A stretch of DNA of 64,000 nt from a virus (IMGVR_UViG_3300023297_000003), one strand, 5' to 3'. Counted from the stretch's first letter, positions 9,107 through 18,451 are shown. The notes: generated by a model not told the origin, from the letters alone. Translations and numbers: made by a program.

Positions 9107-11377
9107 TCAAGTTTTGAGCAGTACCTGGAGGGTGCCCAACAGATCGTCCACCGCAGACTTGGGCACCTCCAGGTGCGTCCTCTCACCATACCGAGCAGCC
9201 ATTGCGAGAATGACATGATCGGCGGAAACTGGCGATGCGGTCTTCCTCAGGAAGAGTTTACGGATGCCCTCGCTCAAGGTCCTCTTGGCATCAACGAGGC
9301 TGACAACTGCCACCTCCTGTTCCGACAAAGTGGGGCAATAGTACTTGAGGTCCGTGAGGCGCAGGTCGAGCATGGCCTGTCGCCATCCAGCCATCTCCTT
9401 CCACTGCTCAACGATGAGGTTGACGATGTACTCGGTCTTGGCCTCGTCGGTGGTTCCCGCCTCCTTGGGTGCCGAAGCGATGTCCCCCACCAGCGGACTG
9501 CCAAGCAGGGTGACCAGCTTGAACAGGTTGTAGGGGAGGCCCGAGGGTTTCTCCTCGGGTGCCGTGCGGTCCTGCGAGACAGCCTTCACAAGGGCCACCA
9601 GGACATCATGTTCCACATCCTGGTGGGAACCTCCCACACCCTCAGGTCCAACGGCATCGTCCACGACCTCCATATAGGAGTCGCCCATCATCCCTGCCAG
9701 TTTGGACAGGACACACAACCGTTCCCGCTGCTCCAGGGATCGCACCAGAGCTACGGTCTCGTCCCGGATCTCCTCAGGGGTTTCAGCGTTAGTCCAGTCG
9801 TCCCCCCCGATCAAACCGGCAATGGAACGAAGCGCCTGTTCCCACATGACAGGTGCTCCTGTGGGTGTCCCCGTCCCGGCTTGCAACGTTTTGAGATCCC
9901 GTTCCTTGAGCAGGGCACCGATGATCTCCAACGCCCTCTGCGGGGTCGCATCCCCGTTGGGTTCCCCTCCCAACATCGGGATGATGTTCAGAAGAGCGGC
10001 CCGCCACTGGACTGCCTCGGACTGGATGGCTTTGACCTTGTCCTGGACTGCTCCAATGATCCCCTCGGGGGAAGCCGTACCGGGAGGGGCAGACTCTACC
10101 ACCATCCGGTACACAGTCCAGAGGGTCTGTTCCCACCGGCGACCCCCGGTGGACAGCCCCTGCAAGTCAGACACCTTGTGCTGGATGTGCTGCTCCAACA
10201 TTTCAGGGCTCAAACCGGGGGGGAGTTTGAGGCCCAGGGTCTTCTCGGCCACCCGCCGCAGGGCCGCTACAACGAGGCCGTTCTCCTGTTTTGTCCGTAT
10301 CCTGTGGATGCTTTCGATGATCCGTTCCGACGTCATCTCGGGCTTCCAAGCGATCCCCGTGTCCACGTCCGACGTGTCGAACACCCTGGCCAGCCCCATG
10401 AGGAGGCTGTTGGTGAAGGTGAGCAGACCCGATTCGTCCGAAGGCTTATCCCCGAGGATCTCCTCGATGAGATCCTTCTGAGGGAGCGCTTTCAGGATCG
10501 CCTGGGCCTTCCGTCCCGCCCCGTCCCCCAGATCCTCCGGGACAGCCCCGAGCAGGGTCTCGTAGACGAGGTTCAGTCCGTTCCTGTAGGACGCCTGCGC
10601 CTGCACCAACTCCAGGATGAAGTCCTTGAGTTCGTTGTCCTTAGCGTGGGAGTACCGAGCGATGTCGTTGACTTCCGTCTTGGTCTTCCCCAACAACCTG
10701 CCGATGATCTCTTTCAGGATGTTCCGGGCGGAGTCACGACCCGCACGACCCTCCTTCCCCCGGTCCTCTTCCAGTGCCTGCTGGAGATCCTCATCCGTGT
10801 ATCGGGGCTGCTTGGTCGGGTCCGCCGGGACCAACCTCAGGGGGAGGCCCTCCAGCACCATTTTGGCGAGGTTACTGTTACGAGCGATGCACATAGTGAC
10901 GTGGAGGTGACCCTGGTCATCCGTTTTGACGGCATCCACGTGGCCTTCTGCCAACTGGGAGAAGTCAGGAAGCTGACGCGACGGCTTCGGTGCCCCACAA
11001 ATCTTCTCGAACTCCTTCTGGGAGATGGGTTCTACCTTCATAGGTGACCCCTTGGTCGGCTTTGGTGCCCCACCACCCGACATTGCTGCCAGAACGTCCA
11101 GGACACCACAGGCCTGGGTCACCTCTTTCTCCCGCTGCGCCCAGTAGGCCATGAAACCGTTTTTGCCCGCCCACGCTGTCCGATAGACACGGGTGTTGAC
11201 CTTGAGCACTTTCTCGACATTTTCGGCGGTGAAATAATAACCAGAGGTGTGTTTCTCTACTGCCCGGACACATCGGGCGTAGTCCCTGGCGGGTTTTCCC
11301 CCAAGCCCCTGCCTGCGAAGCCACGCTTTAAAATCGGCACAGCACTGGGACACATCGGAACGGGTCGGATAGCTCAT
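9107..11377 (-). CDS. large hypothetical protein (756 aa)
   Basis: long ORF co-oriented with neighbours, promoter-like element upstream; opposite-strand 783-aa ORF judged artefact. Confidence 0.6.
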   Translation of the reverse strand: MSYPTRSDVSQCCADFKAWLRRQGLGGKPARDYARCVRAVEKHTSGYYFTAENVEKVLKVNTRVYRTAWAGKNGFMAYWAQREKEVTQACGVLDVLAAMSGGGAPKPTKGSPMKVEPISQKEFEKICGAPKPSRQLPDFSQLAEGHVDAVKTDDQGHLHVTMCIARNSNLAKMVLEGLPLRLVPADPTKQPRYTDEDLQQALEEDRGKEGRAGRDSARNILKEIIGRLLGKTKTEVNDIARYSHAKDNELKDFILELVQAQASYRNGLNLVYETLLGAVPEDLGDGAGRKAQAILKALPQKDLIEEILGDKPSDESGLLTFTNSLLMGLARVFDTSDVDTGIAWKPEMTSERIIESIHRIRTKQENGLVVAALRRVAEKTLGLKLPPGLSPEMLEQHIQHKVSDLQGLSTGGRRWEQTLWTVYRMVVESAPPGTASPEGIIGAVQDKVKAIQSEAVQWRAALLNIIPMLGGEPNGDATPQRALEIIGALLKERDLKTLQAGTGTPTGAPVMWEQALRSIAGLIGGDDWTNAETPEEIRDETVALVRSLEQRERLCVLSKLAGMMGDSYMEVVDDAVGPEGVGGSHQDVEHDVLVALVKAVSQDRTAPEEKPSGLPYNLFKLVTLLGSPLVGDIASAPKEAGTTDEAKTEYIVNLIVEQWKEMAGWRQAMLDLRLTDLKYYCPTLSEQEVAVVSLVDAKRTLSEGIRKLFLRKTASPVSADHVILAMAARYGERTHLEVPKSAVDDLLGTLQVLLKT

Positions 11378-11446
11378 CTCTTTTTCTCCTGCTAAAAGGC
11401 CACAACTGCTCTACTCAACGGGCTCCTGAAAGGAACAGCCCAGGAA

Positions 11447-12055
11447 TTAATAAAGCATAGGTCCTCGGAACTGCCCTTTGCGAACCAGTGCGTAAAACTC
11501 CTCAGACGTGGTTAGGCTAAGACACTGCTCATCGATGTCATCAAGGCGAGCCGTTGGGTCCTCCGCCAGGATCGGATTAATGATCCGATAATCTGAGTTC
11601 CAGGTGAAGTAGGTACCGGGATTGACTCGCACGGTCTCCATTAGGTCCACACACCACAAAGAAATTCTTGACATGTTTTGAAAAACAGGATGAGCCGTTT
11701 TTTTGGTCTGCATCAACATGAGGTGCTCGTCCAGGGTGTCCGCCGCTAAGGACAACCAACCAATGAGGGACTCATCCAGATAGTGCTGCAGTTCAAAGGT
11801 GTGAAGGGGCTTTTGTTGTAGGACCAATCGAACACGCAAACTGTCTTTGCGAAACTGGAACCCAAGGCTGATATGTGGTGTTTGACACAGGGTCACAATA
11901 AGAATCGTTTCCTTTCCCTCCGACTGGCCCCACCACCAGCAATGGTTTTGGAGGGCCACAGGAAACACCTGGAGGATGTATTCCGCTACGACAGTTGCAT
12001 AGGGATGCGCTCCAATAGGGACGGCTTTCCCGATGGTGGCGGGCATAACAGACAA
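11447..12055 (-). CDS. hypothetical protein
   Basis: 202-aa ORF; promoter-like motif at 12062-12095. Confidence 0.45.
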   Translation of the reverse strand: MSVMPATIGKAVPIGAHPYATVVAEYILQVFPVALQNHCWWWGQSEGKETILIVTLCQTPHISLGFQFRKDSLRVRLVLQQKPLHTFELQHYLDESLIGWLSLAADTLDEHLMLMQTKKTAHPVFQNMSRISLWCVDLMETVRVNPGTYFTWNSDYRIINPILAEDPTARLDDIDEQCLSLTTSEEFYALVRKGQFRGPMLY

Positions 12056-12101
12056 AGCGGAACCTCCTACAGGGATCTACTCGCACAGCTAGGTCGATGA
12101 T

Positions 12102-12413
12102 CTACTGGCGGCTCTTGGCGATGCGGATGGCGGCGTTCAGGGATATCTCCCCGGCGCAGACCTTATGGGCAATCGTGCTCTTGGTGGGCTTGGCAGTTTC
12201 GAACTCTACGTCCTCGGAGTCCAGGTCAGCGTCCTTGAAGGCCCTGGCGACCTTGACATCCCAGCAGCCAGCTTCCAACCAGAACTGTGTGTCCTCGGGG
12301 GAAAACCTTGCGGAGAGCCAGTCACGAGCGGTATCAGTCAGTTTGCTGTCGTCCCCGTAGGCGGACGTACCAGCAGCGACGAGAACGGCAACCATCTGCT
12401 GTTCCTCAAGCAT
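12102..12413 (-). CDS. hypothetical protein
   Basis: 103-aa ORF directly downstream of TnpB-like gene. Confidence 0.35.
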   Translation of the reverse strand: MLEEQQMVAVLVAAGTSAYGDDSKLTDTARDWLSARFSPEDTQFWLEAGCWDVKVARAFKDADLDSEDVEFETAKPTKSTIAHKVCAGEISLNAAIRIAKSRQ

Positions 12414-13836
12414 TGATCACTCCTGATCGTGAGGGTTTATCCGCACACGGTTGAGAGCCTCTCGACTGCAACTCGTGCCTTTTGACGGTCAGTTCCGCCG
12501 GAGAACGTGCCAACAAGATGCGTTTTACCTCTTGATAAGGGGTGAAACACCCGATGTCCTTGTCAGACAACCGGGCTAACACGTTCAGCGCAGCATTGTG
12601 ATCGGCCTGAATAACATCCCCGTTAATACGGTAAAATTTGTCTCCAACACGCTTGCCTTGCAGCAAACCCGTTACAGAGTCCATTTGCGATGTGTAAGCA
12701 CAGTTTACCAACTCATGGCTGGCTTCACGCTGCGTACAAACTGAATCGAGGGCCTCAGCAAGTGCTCCCTTTGCCCAGCCACTCATTCTTCTATTAAACC
12801 TTTTCCAAGGTCGCTTTTTTGCGATCGGAGAGGTTAAGTCTTCTGACACGACCACCGCTGCCTTATCCACGATGGCATGAGCAGCCTTAAAGGCTACACC
12901 CCGTAGTCGTGTTTGAGCCAATCGTTTACGAGCATCAATCTTTTTACACCCAAGGTTGTGTGCCCTGATGTTGTCAGCTTTTCTGGAGTTTCCGCTTTGA
13001 CGATGCTTTTTTTCTAGGGCGTACAACTTGTTTCTAGCGGAACCCGTCTTGCTGACCTTGTCGCTGTACTCAGTCATCACAGCACCGAACTGCTCACCCT
13101 GATGCTCACCATCCGAATCAACAAATGCTTCGGTGTAGCCTTTATCAACGCCCAGCGTCCGGCTACCATGCGGACGCCCACTGCTTTTATCCACGCTGTA
13201 GTGGATCTCAGTTGTACCACCCTTCACAATGATGCGTAGGTTACAGCTACTCAGATCCACACTCGTGCCGTTTGACGTTGTCGTTAGAACTATGTCGTCA
13301 CCGTATTTACGGGCAATTTGGATGACGATCGTCAGATACCCATTAACGTGCTCTATTTTGAATTTGTCGGACCTCACGATAAACTGATTTTTCGTGTGTG
13401 AGACGCCGTGCTTGAAGTGTTTACGCATTTGGCGGTGAAGGAAGGGATCCTCCATCCATGCGTCTGATCGCAGAAGCGTGTAGAGTCGTTTGCGTTCCAT
13501 TTCATTGTCGGTGCGCTGCCAAATGGCTTTGCGAACCTTTCCTTTCGCTGCTGCTTTGTAGAACAGGATGTCGTTCACGACATCTTTGGTTGTTTCGTTA
13601 CGTATGGTCCCGTCTATGGCGAGAGTGACGTAGATGCCACCTGCTACAATTTCTTTACGGATAGCCAAGGCACTTTTACCCACGTTCTTCAGGGCACCGT
13701 ACCGACGCCAGACATCTGCACGAAGAAATCTGGTAGCTCGACACACCTGCAACAAAGCAGGCGGAACATCTGCCTGAAGAATGCGAGTGACTTTCAAGAC
13801 GTCAATCCTTCGCTCTCTGTTTCCTGAGTTTCTCAA
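12406..13836 (-). CDS. divergent TnpB-like RuvC nuclease with degenerate zinc finger
   Basis: 476 aa; GVDKGYTEAFVDSDGE (RuvC-I), VVVSEDL (RuvC-II), AYTSQ..DVIQADHNAALNVLAR (RuvC-III) but only CxxxxxxxxxxC instead of CxxC..CxxC. Confidence 0.65.
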   Translation of the reverse strand: MRNSGNRERRIDVLKVTRILQADVPPALLQVCRATRFLRADVWRRYGALKNVGKSALAIRKEIVAGGIYVTLAIDGTIRNETTKDVVNDILFYKAAAKGKVRKAIWQRTDNEMERKRLYTLLRSDAWMEDPFLHRQMRKHFKHGVSHTKNQFIVRSDKFKIEHVNGYLTIVIQIARKYGDDIVLTTTSNGTSVDLSSCNLRIIVKGGTTEIHYSVDKSSGRPHGSRTLGVDKGYTEAFVDSDGEHQGEQFGAVMTEYSDKVSKTGSARNKLYALEKKHRQSGNSRKADNIRAHNLGCKKIDARKRLAQTRLRGVAFKAAHAIVDKAAVVVSEDLTSPIAKKRPWKRFNRRMSGWAKGALAEALDSVCTQREASHELVNCAYTSQMDSVTGLLQGKRVGDKFYRINGDVIQADHNAALNVLARLSDKDIGCFTPYQEVKRILLARSPAELTVKRHELQSRGSQPCADKPSRSGVINA

Positions 13837-13987
13837 TAAATAGCATCACGGCATCAGTTTCGAACCGCAGCGACTTATCGATCTTAAGAAAGGGTAGTCT
13901 GCCATCGCCCATGAGTTTACGGATCGAATTTGGGTGCATCCCGAACAAACGGGCAACCTCGTTGATAGTCAGAAGGATGGGCTCCAT
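13802..13987 (-). CDS. small helix-turn-helix DNA-binding protein (excisionase/MerR-like)
   Basis: 61 aa, LTINEVARLFGMHPNSIRKLM; overlaps start of TnpB-like gene. Confidence 0.55.
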   Translation of the reverse strand: MEPILLTINEVARLFGMHPNSIRKLMGDGRLPFLKIDKSLRFETDAVMLFIEKLRKQRAKD

Positions 13988-14136
13988 AGTTCTCCCTTGC
14001 TCTCCCTAATGGTACATAGACACCCATGGTGTGTCAAGCGGTTTTCAGTGGCGGCTTATGGAGCACGTTTGCCTAGCTTTTCGGGAACAGTTCAAACTTC
14101 TACCTCCGAGCAACATGATCCGGGTAAAGTAGCTGC

Positions 14137-14772
14137 ATGACACTTTTAGAACAGCACCGTGACCTGGCCCTCATGATCCTCGTAGGCAGGGCACTTCCCG
14201 AAGGACTGCCCTGGACCCCGGATGAGGACCAGGGCTTCGTGTCCCGTGAGCGCCTCCTGTGGGTCCAGTTGACCGAAGAGGAGCAGGCACAGGAACAGGA
14301 GGCTCTGGGGGCGCTGTGGGGCAAGCGTGGCGCTCCCCGTACCGTTCCCGTGAATCCCCAGTGGGGTGCTTGGACAGAGGGCCTCACCGAGGTCTCGATC
14401 CCTGACTCGGCGTTCGGTTTACCGGACAACGCCTTCCGCCCCTTGGTGAAGGGCATCCAGATCCTGGCCGAGGAGCACCCCGAGTTGATCGTCCTGTTAG
14501 AGTGGTTGTGGAAGCGGGGGTTCCATCCCGTTGCTTTCGATGGGGACACCCTCACGCTGCTCATCCCGCCCCACAGAATCGTCCAGGAGTCCGAGCGGCT
14601 GGTTGGGATCCTCATCCGGGACTGGCCCAAGATCCCCGTGGTGTCCCGCCCGGCGGAGGCGTCCCTGACCGTTAAGGGTTCCTATGACCCCGTGAGCGGT
14701 CAGGCGATCATCTATCTGTCAGGGGTCACGCCGTTTCAATCCACGCACCTTTTGCCAAAAGATGCGACTTAG
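14137..14772 (+). CDS. hypothetical protein
   Basis: 211-aa ORF with protein-like composition; opposite ORF 14100..14630 is R/S-rich artefact; 3' end contains SRU2. Confidence 0.5.
   Translation: MTLLEQHRDLALMILVGRALPEGLPWTPDEDQGFVSRERLLWVQLTEEEQAQEQEALGALWGKRGAPRTVPVNPQWGAWTEGLTEVSIPDSAFGLPDNAFRPLVKGIQILAEEHPELIVLLEWLWKRGFHPVAFDGDTLTLLIPPHRIVQESERLVGILIRDWPKIPVVSRPAEASLTVKGSYDPVSGQAIIYLSGVTPFQSTHLLPKDAT
14733..14768 (+). repeat. solitary CRISPR-repeat-like unit (SRU2), 30/36 identical to array repeat
   Basis: gtttcaatccacgcaccttttgccaaaagatgcgac; both handles conserved, central hairpin replaced. Confidence 0.6.
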
Positions 14773-14776
14773 GCAC

Positions 14777-15544
14777 TCAGACGTAAAACACTCTCCACTG
14801 CGTGGCGTGCTTGAAACCGTCCTCCTCGAACTGCGGTTGCGGGGGGCAGTGACAGAGGATGACGTGTTCCCGGCATCCTTCGGGGAACGCCTGGAGGATT
14901 TTTTGGTAGGAACAGTGGACGTCGTACTTGGAATCGTCCCCGTAGACCTGACAGTCCTGGAAGATGATGTCTGCGTCCTTGTCCGAGGGGTTAACGGTGT
15001 CGCCTGTGAAGTAAACCTTACGCAAGGAGGGCACCCGGATCTTGACCCCATAGACAGGGAAATCTTCGATGTTGTGATCCTCGGGGAAGAACTCCGCCGT
15101 GAAACCCTCCACCTCCAGGTCAGCACCATTCCCCAGGAAGCAGCCCTGCCAGTAGTCCAACCACACGTTAGCTGGGCCACCTGATGTCCGTGTCAACTCC
15201 ACCATCGTTTGTTCCAGCAGCACTTGGAGCTTGCTGGGGATCACGAGAGGGATCTTGCGCTTCAACATGTATTTGAAGGTGTAGGCCAGCCCGAGTAGGC
15301 CCCCAGTGTGATCGTAGTGTACGTGCGTGATGAAGATCCCCTTCAGGTTCTTCAGGGCACGCAACCCGACCAGGGTGGCGAGGGTCTCTGGTCCGCAGTC
15401 GACCAACCAGAAGGGATGGCTTTGGAGCAACTCTGGTCCGGGGATCCCTCTGGGGGCATTCGGGACGATGGCGAAGTTCGTGTTGCCCATCCCAGGGACG
15501 GGGATCCCACCACCATGACCGAGTACGATGATTGCGGTGCTCAT
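14777..15544 (-). CDS. metallo-beta-lactamase-fold hydrolase
   Basis: THVHYDHTGG (HxHxDH) motif and downstream conserved D and H residues. Confidence 0.7.
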   Translation of the reverse strand: MSTAIIVLGHGGGIPVPGMGNTNFAIVPNAPRGIPGPELLQSHPFWLVDCGPETLATLVGLRALKNLKGIFITHVHYDHTGGLLGLAYTFKYMLKRKIPLVIPSKLQVLLEQTMVELTRTSGGPANVWLDYWQGCFLGNGADLEVEGFTAEFFPEDHNIEDFPVYGVKIRVPSLRKVYFTGDTVNPSDKDADIIFQDCQVYGDDSKYDVHCSYQKILQAFPEGCREHVILCHCPPQPQFEEDGFKHATQWRVFYV

Positions 15545-16146
15545 TCGGTGTCCTCCGTGAGAAGGGCCGCAGTCTGGACGAGTTGTTCAACCACCGATTT
15601 CCGGGGCGTCCTTGTACCATCAAAACCGAGTTTTTCACAGGCAGCGAGACCGGCAGCGACGCAGTGTCCCACACGCTCCTGGAGGAGGGTGAAACCCGAA
15701 CGGCCTGAGTCGTATCCAAAAGGGTAAAGAGCACGTCCCGCCGTCAAGAGGTGGTAGCAGACGCCTTCTCGGATTGTCTCAGGAAAAGCGAGCCACCCAA
15801 GAAGTACCCTGACATGGGGCATCACCCCGGCACAGGAAATTGCAGGGTCCATTACCGTGGTGTTCATGGTGATAAAGTTTCGTTGGTAGCTCGGGAAAAG
15901 GGGGCCTGGATCCGGGAGGTTCAGGTAAATCATCGCTGCCTGATGCGCCTCCATATTGAGGAGGTGCCGTTCCTCGAACACGGGCAGCACCCCTGCGATT
16001 TCCTCCAAGATTTTCAGGTGCTCCAGTCGAGCTTTGAGAAGCTGGTGGCCCACGTACTCCTGATACTGCTGGTCGGTGTCCTCCCACGAGGGGGGAGTGG
16101 TACCCTTTTCGATGGCAATGCCTTTCTTGGTGAATTTGACGGACAT
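15541..16146 (-). CDS. hypothetical protein
   Basis: 201-aa ORF, 4-bp overlap with downstream gene. Confidence 0.45.
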   Translation of the reverse strand: MSVKFTKKGIAIEKGTTPPSWEDTDQQYQEYVGHQLLKARLEHLKILEEIAGVLPVFEERHLLNMEAHQAAMIYLNLPDPGPLFPSYQRNFITMNTTVMDPAISCAGVMPHVRVLLGWLAFPETIREGVCYHLLTAGRALYPFGYDSGRSGFTLLQERVGHCVAAGLAACEKLGFDGTRTPRKSVVEQLVQTAALLTEDTE

Positions 16147-16575
16147 GGAACACCTCCTGACTTGGTCTACTCCATTCAGCCGAAAAGCGACCCCGTGTGA
16201 GACCTTACGGACAACCCGATGAGACGTTTTAACCGCCCGTCCTTGCAGCGTCGTTCACAGGCATCTCGATCTAGGCACTCTATCACCGGGACGCCCCGGA
16301 CACGGGTTTGCCGGAGAGCGCTCATTTTTTGAGTGGCCCCGCAGCATGTGCAGAAGCCCGTCTTCTCTAGCATTTAGGGCCTACTCCTCGTCAATAATGG
16401 TCTGGGCCGTGTGGATCATTTCGGCCCCGAAGGCCACAAGGAAGGAACCAGCGAAATAAAGGAACAGGGGCATGTCAATGCCTCCTCTGTTATTCGTATG
16501 ATACCGGCGATGGTGGGGTTGTCTAGGCTTCGAACTTTTCCAGATGGGAGGTGCCCCTGGATTTACGCTTCAGGA

Positions 16576-16929
16576 CTACGTTTGGTTTTTGAAGGCTTCC
16601 TTGTCCAGTCTGAATCCAACGGCGGTAGCCTTCGTAATGTCCTCGCCTGTACGAGCCAGGCCCGTCAGAAAAATTATTTCACCCTTTGCAGCCACTGCAT
16701 AACGGTTCCATCCCCACCAGCCGTAGATGGCACTGCCACCCTTTACATGGAGGCAAGGTCTGAGCTTGTCAGTACCCTTCAAAGAGGTGTATCCGGCCTC
16801 CCAAACGTCCTTGAAGGCGTCAAAGGAACAGTGCCCCATCCGCTCCTGGGTGCCAAGACGTCGGTAATCCTCGCCTTCTACCTCAATGAGTTTTTCAAAG
16901 GCATCAGGTTGGTATATGTAAACGGACAT
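16576..16929 (-). CDS. hypothetical protein
   Basis: 117-aa ORF. Confidence 0.4.
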   Translation of the reverse strand: MSVYIYQPDAFEKLIEVEGEDYRRLGTQERMGHCSFDAFKDVWEAGYTSLKGTDKLRPCLHVKGGSAIYGWWGWNRYAVAAKGEIIFLTGLARTGEDITKATAVGFRLDKEAFKNQT

Positions 16930-16949
16930 GTTGCGCTCCTCGGATTTCC

Positions 16950-17276
16950 CTAATGTAGCTTAGTCCCAACAGCACCATACCACAAGGTGCCGACAGTGCC
17001 ATCCGGCCAAACGACCAGGACGGGGCGTTTCCGTTTTTGAGCATACCTGACGGTTGCCCATGTACCTGAGCGCTGTATCTCATGCATTGCTTTCGAGCAC
17101 GCCACTAGAATTTGAGAGGCGTCTACAATGTCATGGTCACGGACGGTATAGGGTTTGAGGGGATGGGTTTCATCAGCTACACAGTAGGCTCGGTTTTTCG
17201 GGTTTTCAGGCGGGTGTGTGACACGGTACAAACCAAGCTCCTCAGCAACAGAGTCAGCCTCAGAATCTGCCCCCAC
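16950..17276 (-). CDS. hypothetical protein
   Basis: 108-aa ORF. Confidence 0.4.
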   Translation of the reverse strand: MGADSEADSVAEELGLYRVTHPPENPKNRAYCVADETHPLKPYTVRDHDIVDASQILVACSKAMHEIQRSGTWATVRYAQKRKRPVLVVWPDGTVGTLWYGAVGTKLH

Positions 17277-17293
17277 ACAATCCCCATGGTGGA

Positions 17294-17646
17294 GGGTACT
17301 TGACAGTACCCCTCAAACTTACTAAAGTCTAACTATTCCTGCTTGAAACAGGGAGCTGTTGTGGCAGGAAGGCTTATGCTGATTGGGTAGGAGGTTCTGG
17401 TGTGCCCAGATGTTCTGGGAATGAACACACCAAAGCTGGCGATCATCCACGAGGCGTAAAACGAGTGCTGAGAGAGCGATTCCGTCTTCGACGGACCAGT
17501 TCCTTAGGATTCGGGCGATTAGAGCGGTCGTCAATCGAGCCCTTACCGTTGGGCCGGAGGTTTACTACCGAGGTACTTGGGTCACCAAGATTCGGCACAG
17601 CTTCAAACTTGATGCCTGTTACATTTTAGCAGGTTTTAAGGAACGG
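17294..17646 (+). mobile_element. 353-bp miniature TnpB-derived element (mini A): left-end hairpin + last ~80 codons of tnpB + right end
   Basis: gggtacttgacagtaccc hairpin; junction ..cctgcttgaaacaggga|gctgttgtggcagg identical in all three minis; ends ..ggaacgg. Confidence 0.7.
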
Positions 17647-17703
17647 TTGAGTACCTCCTCGGGGCAGTCAAGGATAGCAGCAGCATCGGTTCGTGTCATT
17701 GAT

Positions 17704-17967
17704 TCAGTCATCTGCTTCCTCTTCCGCTTTCAGGCGTTTCAGTTCCGCCTTCCGAACCTGACGCTTCAACGCTCGTCCGTTGGGACAGATGCAGAAGCCC
17801 TTGAGACGGGCATCCCACCCCGGTACCGGCTGATCAAGGCGTCCGCTGCACCCACAGAGGCCACAGATGGGGACCGTCATGTTGGCACTGTGGACCTTCG
17901 GGTCGAACCATTTTGGGAGTGTCCGTACAATGAACTCGTACCAGAGGGGATCTCGCTTTGAAGCCAT
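17704..17967 (-). CDS. small zinc-ribbon protein
   Basis: CGLCGCSG..CICPNG; start moved to internal ATG to avoid 146-bp overlap. Confidence 0.4.
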   Translation of the reverse strand: MASKRDPLWYEFIVRTLPKWFDPKVHSANMTVPICGLCGCSGRLDQPVPGWDARLKGFCICPNGRALKRQVRKAELKRLKAEEEADD

Positions 17968-17971
17968 CGGA

Positions 17972-18439
17972 CTAACCCCCCGCTGCGGTGCCACCACCCT
18001 GAGTGGACGGCTGTGGGGGTAGCATTCCCTGGAGGAGTGCCGGACAGGCTGAGGCTGGAACCACGACCCACCCCGTGTCCGTGTGCATCTCACACCGGGT
18101 GGCGCTCCCAACCCCAACGACCTGGAGTTTCCCGTCCACAGCGCCTCCGGTGTTGCTTACGGGGGGCGGCGGGCAGGGCACCTTGATCACCTTCTCCTCC
18201 ACCACGGTCTCGACCTTGGTGACGACCAGGGGGTCCATCGCTTCGAGGGTGTCCACTGCCTTGCCGAGGCCCCACACCACTACGAAGGCAGTGATGATTA
18301 GCAGAGCGGATGCGCTGAGGCTCAGCCAAAAGGCCAGCCCTTTTAGGTACTCACCCTTCTTGTAGAGGTCGAGCCGTTCCCGCCGGTTCCGTTGTAGTTT
18401 AGCGTAGAAAACCTGGTCCCTTTCGGTCTGGTCCGTCAT
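17972..18439 (-). CDS. membrane-anchored protein
   Basis: TM helix LAFWLSLSASALLIITAFVVVWGLG. Confidence 0.45.
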   Translation of the reverse strand: MTDQTERDQVFYAKLQRNRRERLDLYKKGEYLKGLAFWLSLSASALLIITAFVVVWGLGKAVDTLEAMDPLVVTKVETVVEEKVIKVPCPPPPVSNTGGAVDGKLQVVGVGSATRCEMHTDTGWVVVPASACPALLQGMLPPQPSTQGGGTAAGG

Positions 18440-18451
18440 CCTTTATTCTCC

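Noticed and set aside
8696-11047. 783-aa plus-strand ORF, the longest in the window
   Set aside because: It lies antisense to the 756-aa minus-strand gene in a high-GC region. Its translation is G/R/P/L-rich and low-complexity, and all neighbouring genes and the promoter motif support the minus-strand gene.
14100-14630. 176-aa minus-strand ORF
   Set aside because: It is antisense to the better-formed plus-strand gene 14137..14772 and is R/S-rich.
14793-14812. Partial inverted match to the repeat 3' handle (tgcgtgg..cttgaaac) 25 nt from SRU2
   Set aside because: It is two short matches separated by an insertion inside the MBL gene coding sequence. That is too weak to call a second repeat.
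17402-17629. 75-98-aa ORFs ending ..RFGTASNLMPVTF at 17402..17629, 34689..34916 and 53235..53531
   Set aside because: They are the C-terminal tnpB remnant inside the three mini elements, with no start context. They are better explained as an omegaRNA-scaffold region than as genes.
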